Part shown: piece by piece, positions 26,354 to 28,251 of the stretch | Position numbering within the stretch: the stretch's first letter is position 1 | Layout: every line of letters starts with the position of its first letter | Source of the DNA: Candidatus Altiarchaeota archaeon | GTDB lineage: Archaea > Altiarchaeota > Altiarchaeia > IMC4 > SCGC-AAA252-I15 | Direction of reading: 5' to 3' | NCBI GenBank assembly: GCA_043813075.1 | Contig: JBDRLL010000025.1 | Coordinates: forward strand, 1 to 28,251 | Length of the DNA: 28,251 nt | The notes under the pieces: generated by a model | Told to the model about the DNA's origin: nothing | The model's input: only the letters and a program-made list of their open reading frames with translations | Database searches by the model: none | Translations under genes and position numbers: made by a program

Positions 26354-27615
26354 GCAGGACTAGTGGTCTACGAAAATTAGGTGGAGAAAACACCAAGGAT
26401 AAGTTCAGAGTAGACTCCCTAAGGTTAAACCAAACCCTATCAATCATACTACTCATTTCCCTAGCCTTAGCGATTTTATATGCATACTACCCCTCTCAAC
26501 CCACCACACCACTAAATAAAACCTATTTCTCAGAACTCTCGAATTATTCCCTTTCAAAAGAAAAGCCAGAATCTATTAATCAATCAATTAAAAGGAGTGC
26601 TGATTTTGTTTCCAAAACTTTCAATGGAACGTCCATACTTTCCATAACCTGCGATCAAAGTGCAGATACATGTGAACTTAAGCATCAGAACTTGACTACC
26701 GCCCATATTGGATGGCTTATCCGAGCGGCAGTCGGACAGTACCAGATACAACCAACAGAAAAGAATCTAGGGGCCGTTAGTGCTCTAATGGACGAGCTAA
26801 TCTCAAGATGCTGGCCATACGGTGAGGGGACGTGTGGTATTGAATTATACAAGCCTTTTGAACGCTGCCATTCTCAACTATCTCACCTTATGATTGGCTA
26901 TGGGGTTACCCAAAAGAAAGAGCATATGGACCACATTAAAAAGATGATGCACTGTAATTTCGATGTATATGGTCTTATGCCTGCTGACGGTTCAACAATG
27001 GACATGGCTTGGCTTTCTATGACTCACTTCCAAGCATATGATATTTGTGAAAACGATCAGAACTACAAGCTTTCAACAGTGTTGGATGAGCAATCAGATC
27101 CGGTGATTATTCTATTAAGTCCTAAGGGTGAGAAAAAATCATGTGATTTCCTTTTAGAACGCGCTGAGCAAGACCTTAATACAGCTAAAAGCAAGGAAAA
27201 TTTCGTTCCTGTGTTATACTCCTACAGTGGTGTTGAACTAAGAGGCTTTACTTGTTTTAGGGTTTTAGCAGAAGCACAGGCTTATGCTTCAACTGGGGAT
27301 GAAAAGTATATCGACAGTGCTGGATTATTCTTAGATAACATAAGATTCAATGAGAGTCTAGAACTTAATTGGGACATGCCTAGCTATCCCCAAGCCATCA
27401 TCCCCTGTATAGAAGCTATGCAGATTCTTGACAAAAGCCAAGATAATTCCAAGTATTCATCTAGTATCAATTCTTTAAAGCAATACTTAGTTGAAAAGCA
27501 CGCTGTTGATGGTCCAATATCTGTCGGTTCATCTGATATTGGTATTAGAACCTACAACATCCCCGACAACTCTTGGTTCATTTATGTCATGTCTATCGAG
27601 GTGGGAAATGAATAA
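26350..27615 (+). CDS. N-terminally anchored extracellular protein, possible (alpha/alpha) toroid (six-hairpin glycosidase-like fold)
   Basis: ATG 26350 overlaps the upstream TGA (ATGA). TM helix LSIILLISLALAILYAYY; many sequons; recurring hairpin-type motifs (QYQIQPTEKNLGAV, GYGVTQKKEHMDHI, QAYASTGDEKYIDSA). Confidence 0.75.
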   Translation: MSRTSGLRKLGGENTKDKFRVDSLRLNQTLSIILLISLALAILYAYYPSQPTTPLNKTYFSELSNYSLSKEKPESINQSIKRSADFVSKTFNGTSILSITCDQSADTCELKHQNLTTAHIGWLIRAAVGQYQIQPTEKNLGAVSALMDELISRCWPYGEGTCGIELYKPFERCHSQLSHLMIGYGVTQKKEHMDHIKKMMHCNFDVYGLMPADGSTMDMAWLSMTHFQAYDICENDQNYKLSTVLDEQSDPVIILLSPKGEKKSCDFLLERAEQDLNTAKSKENFVPVLYSYSGVELRGFTCFRVLAEAQAYASTGDEKYIDSAGLFLDNIRFNESLELNWDMPSYPQAIIPCIEAMQILDKSQDNSKYSSSINSLKQYLVEKHAVDGPISVGSSDIGIRTYNIPDNSWFIYVMSIEVGNE

Positions 27616-28251
27616 AAAATTCATTTTACTCTCGGTTTTGTTTTTATGCATCTTACCTCCAGATTCATCTGCTTTGTGCGGGGAATGTAATCCACTGGCT
27701 TGTACTGCCTCTTGCCCAGGTGGAGCTTGTTATTGTGATGATTTTGGCTGTAGTGGTGGGGAAGAGCAATGTGTTGGTTCTGTAGGTGGGTGTGGTCCTC
27801 CATTAGGCCCTCAATGTCCAACTCTCAGTCAACCTCTATGTGGTCCTGGTGAGGTAAGGCAAGATATTCTTCCATGTCACTGCACTAATTGTGATAATTA
27901 TCTAAATCAGTGGATCTGTGTAACTACGTCAAGCACCACGACTACTACAAGTACTACAACCACCGTCACTACGGCTACGACTGGTACGACTGGTACGACT
28001 GCGACTACTGCGACTACTGCGACTACGGCTACGACTGCGACTACTGCGACTACGGCTACGACTGCGACTACTGGTACTACGGCTACGACTGGTACGACGG
28101 CTACTACTGCGACTACTGGTACTACGGCTACGACTGCGACTACGGCGACTACTGCGACTACTGGTACGACGGCTACGACTGCGACTACGGCTACTACGGC
28201 TACGACTGCGACTACTGCGACTACTGGTACGACTGCTACTACTGGTACGAC
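27608..28251 (+). CDS. Second secreted Cys-rich protein with (TT[A/G])n stalk (runs off the window; absent from ORF track)
   Basis: Manual translation from ATG 27608 (overlaps upstream stop): MNKKFILLSVLFLCILPPDSSA-LCGECNPLACTASCPGGACYCDDFGCSGGEEQCVGSVGGCGPPLGPQCPTLSQPLCGPGEVRQDILPCHCTNCDNYLNQWICV-TTSSTTTTTSTTTTVTTATTGTTG..., open to the edge. Confidence 0.9.
   Translation, partial: MNKKFILLSVLFLCILPPDSSALCGECNPLACTASCPGGACYCDDFGCSGGEEQCVGSVGGCGPPLGPQCPTLSQPLCGPGEVRQDILPCHCTNCDNYLNQWICVTTSSTTTTTSTTTTVTTATTGTTGTTATTATTATTATTATTATTATTATTGTTATTGTTATTATTGTTATTATTATTATTGTTATTATTATTATTATTATTGTTATTGT
27974..28251 (+). repeat. 9-bp tandem repeat (~30 or more units) encoding ([A/G]TT)n
   Basis: Same GSK-ACK-ACK unit as 25829-26098; continues to the window end. 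Confidence 0.95.

Noticed and set aside
26351-26380. Selenocysteine or readthrough at the TGA ending the Cys-rich gene
   Set aside because: Readthrough adds only AGLVVYEN before TAG, and the TGA is part of a standard ATGA overlap with the next gene.
1-28251. tRNA/rRNA genes, transposases or integrases
   Set aside because: No cloverleaf, rRNA-like sequence or recombinase motifs were recognised by eye; a tRNAscan/ISEScan run would be needed to exclude them formally.

Overview
Archaeal chromosomal window. The rpl44e, rps27e, archease, Cdc48, TrmJ and HerA genes and TATA-type, often leaderless promoters support this; a DPANN/Altiarchaeota-like lineage is my inference only. The left ~17.7 kb is mostly housekeeping: rpl44e-rps27e-archease, cdc48, split transketolase, hisC, a sugar-activation/glycosylation cluster (RHH-fused NDP-sugar pyrophosphorylase, GT-C membrane glycosyltransferase, phosphomannomutase), lysA, trmJ and a stand-alone HerA-like ATPase. 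It also holds two orphans, one kinase-like and one with an HExxH motif. An unannotated box C/D sRNA at ~11470-11535 has a D guide that, by the N+5 rule, points at wobble C34 of tRNA-Met(CAU). An Fe3+-type ABC transporter follows, then an AT-rich spacer with ~88-bp periodic repeats. The window ends in a translationally coupled three-gene secreted-protein cluster: (1) a ~1590-aa protein of ~32 six-cysteine modules arranged as an 8-fold ABC super-repeat, followed by a (Thr-Thr-Ala/Gly)30 stalk, a somatomedin-B-like knot and a defensin-like tail; (2) a membrane-anchored alpha/alpha-toroid-like protein; (3) a second Cys-rich, (TTA/TTG)n protein that is missing from the ORF track and runs off the window. 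This cluster is the best candidate for an undescribed system, possibly a mucin/ECM-like surface coat.
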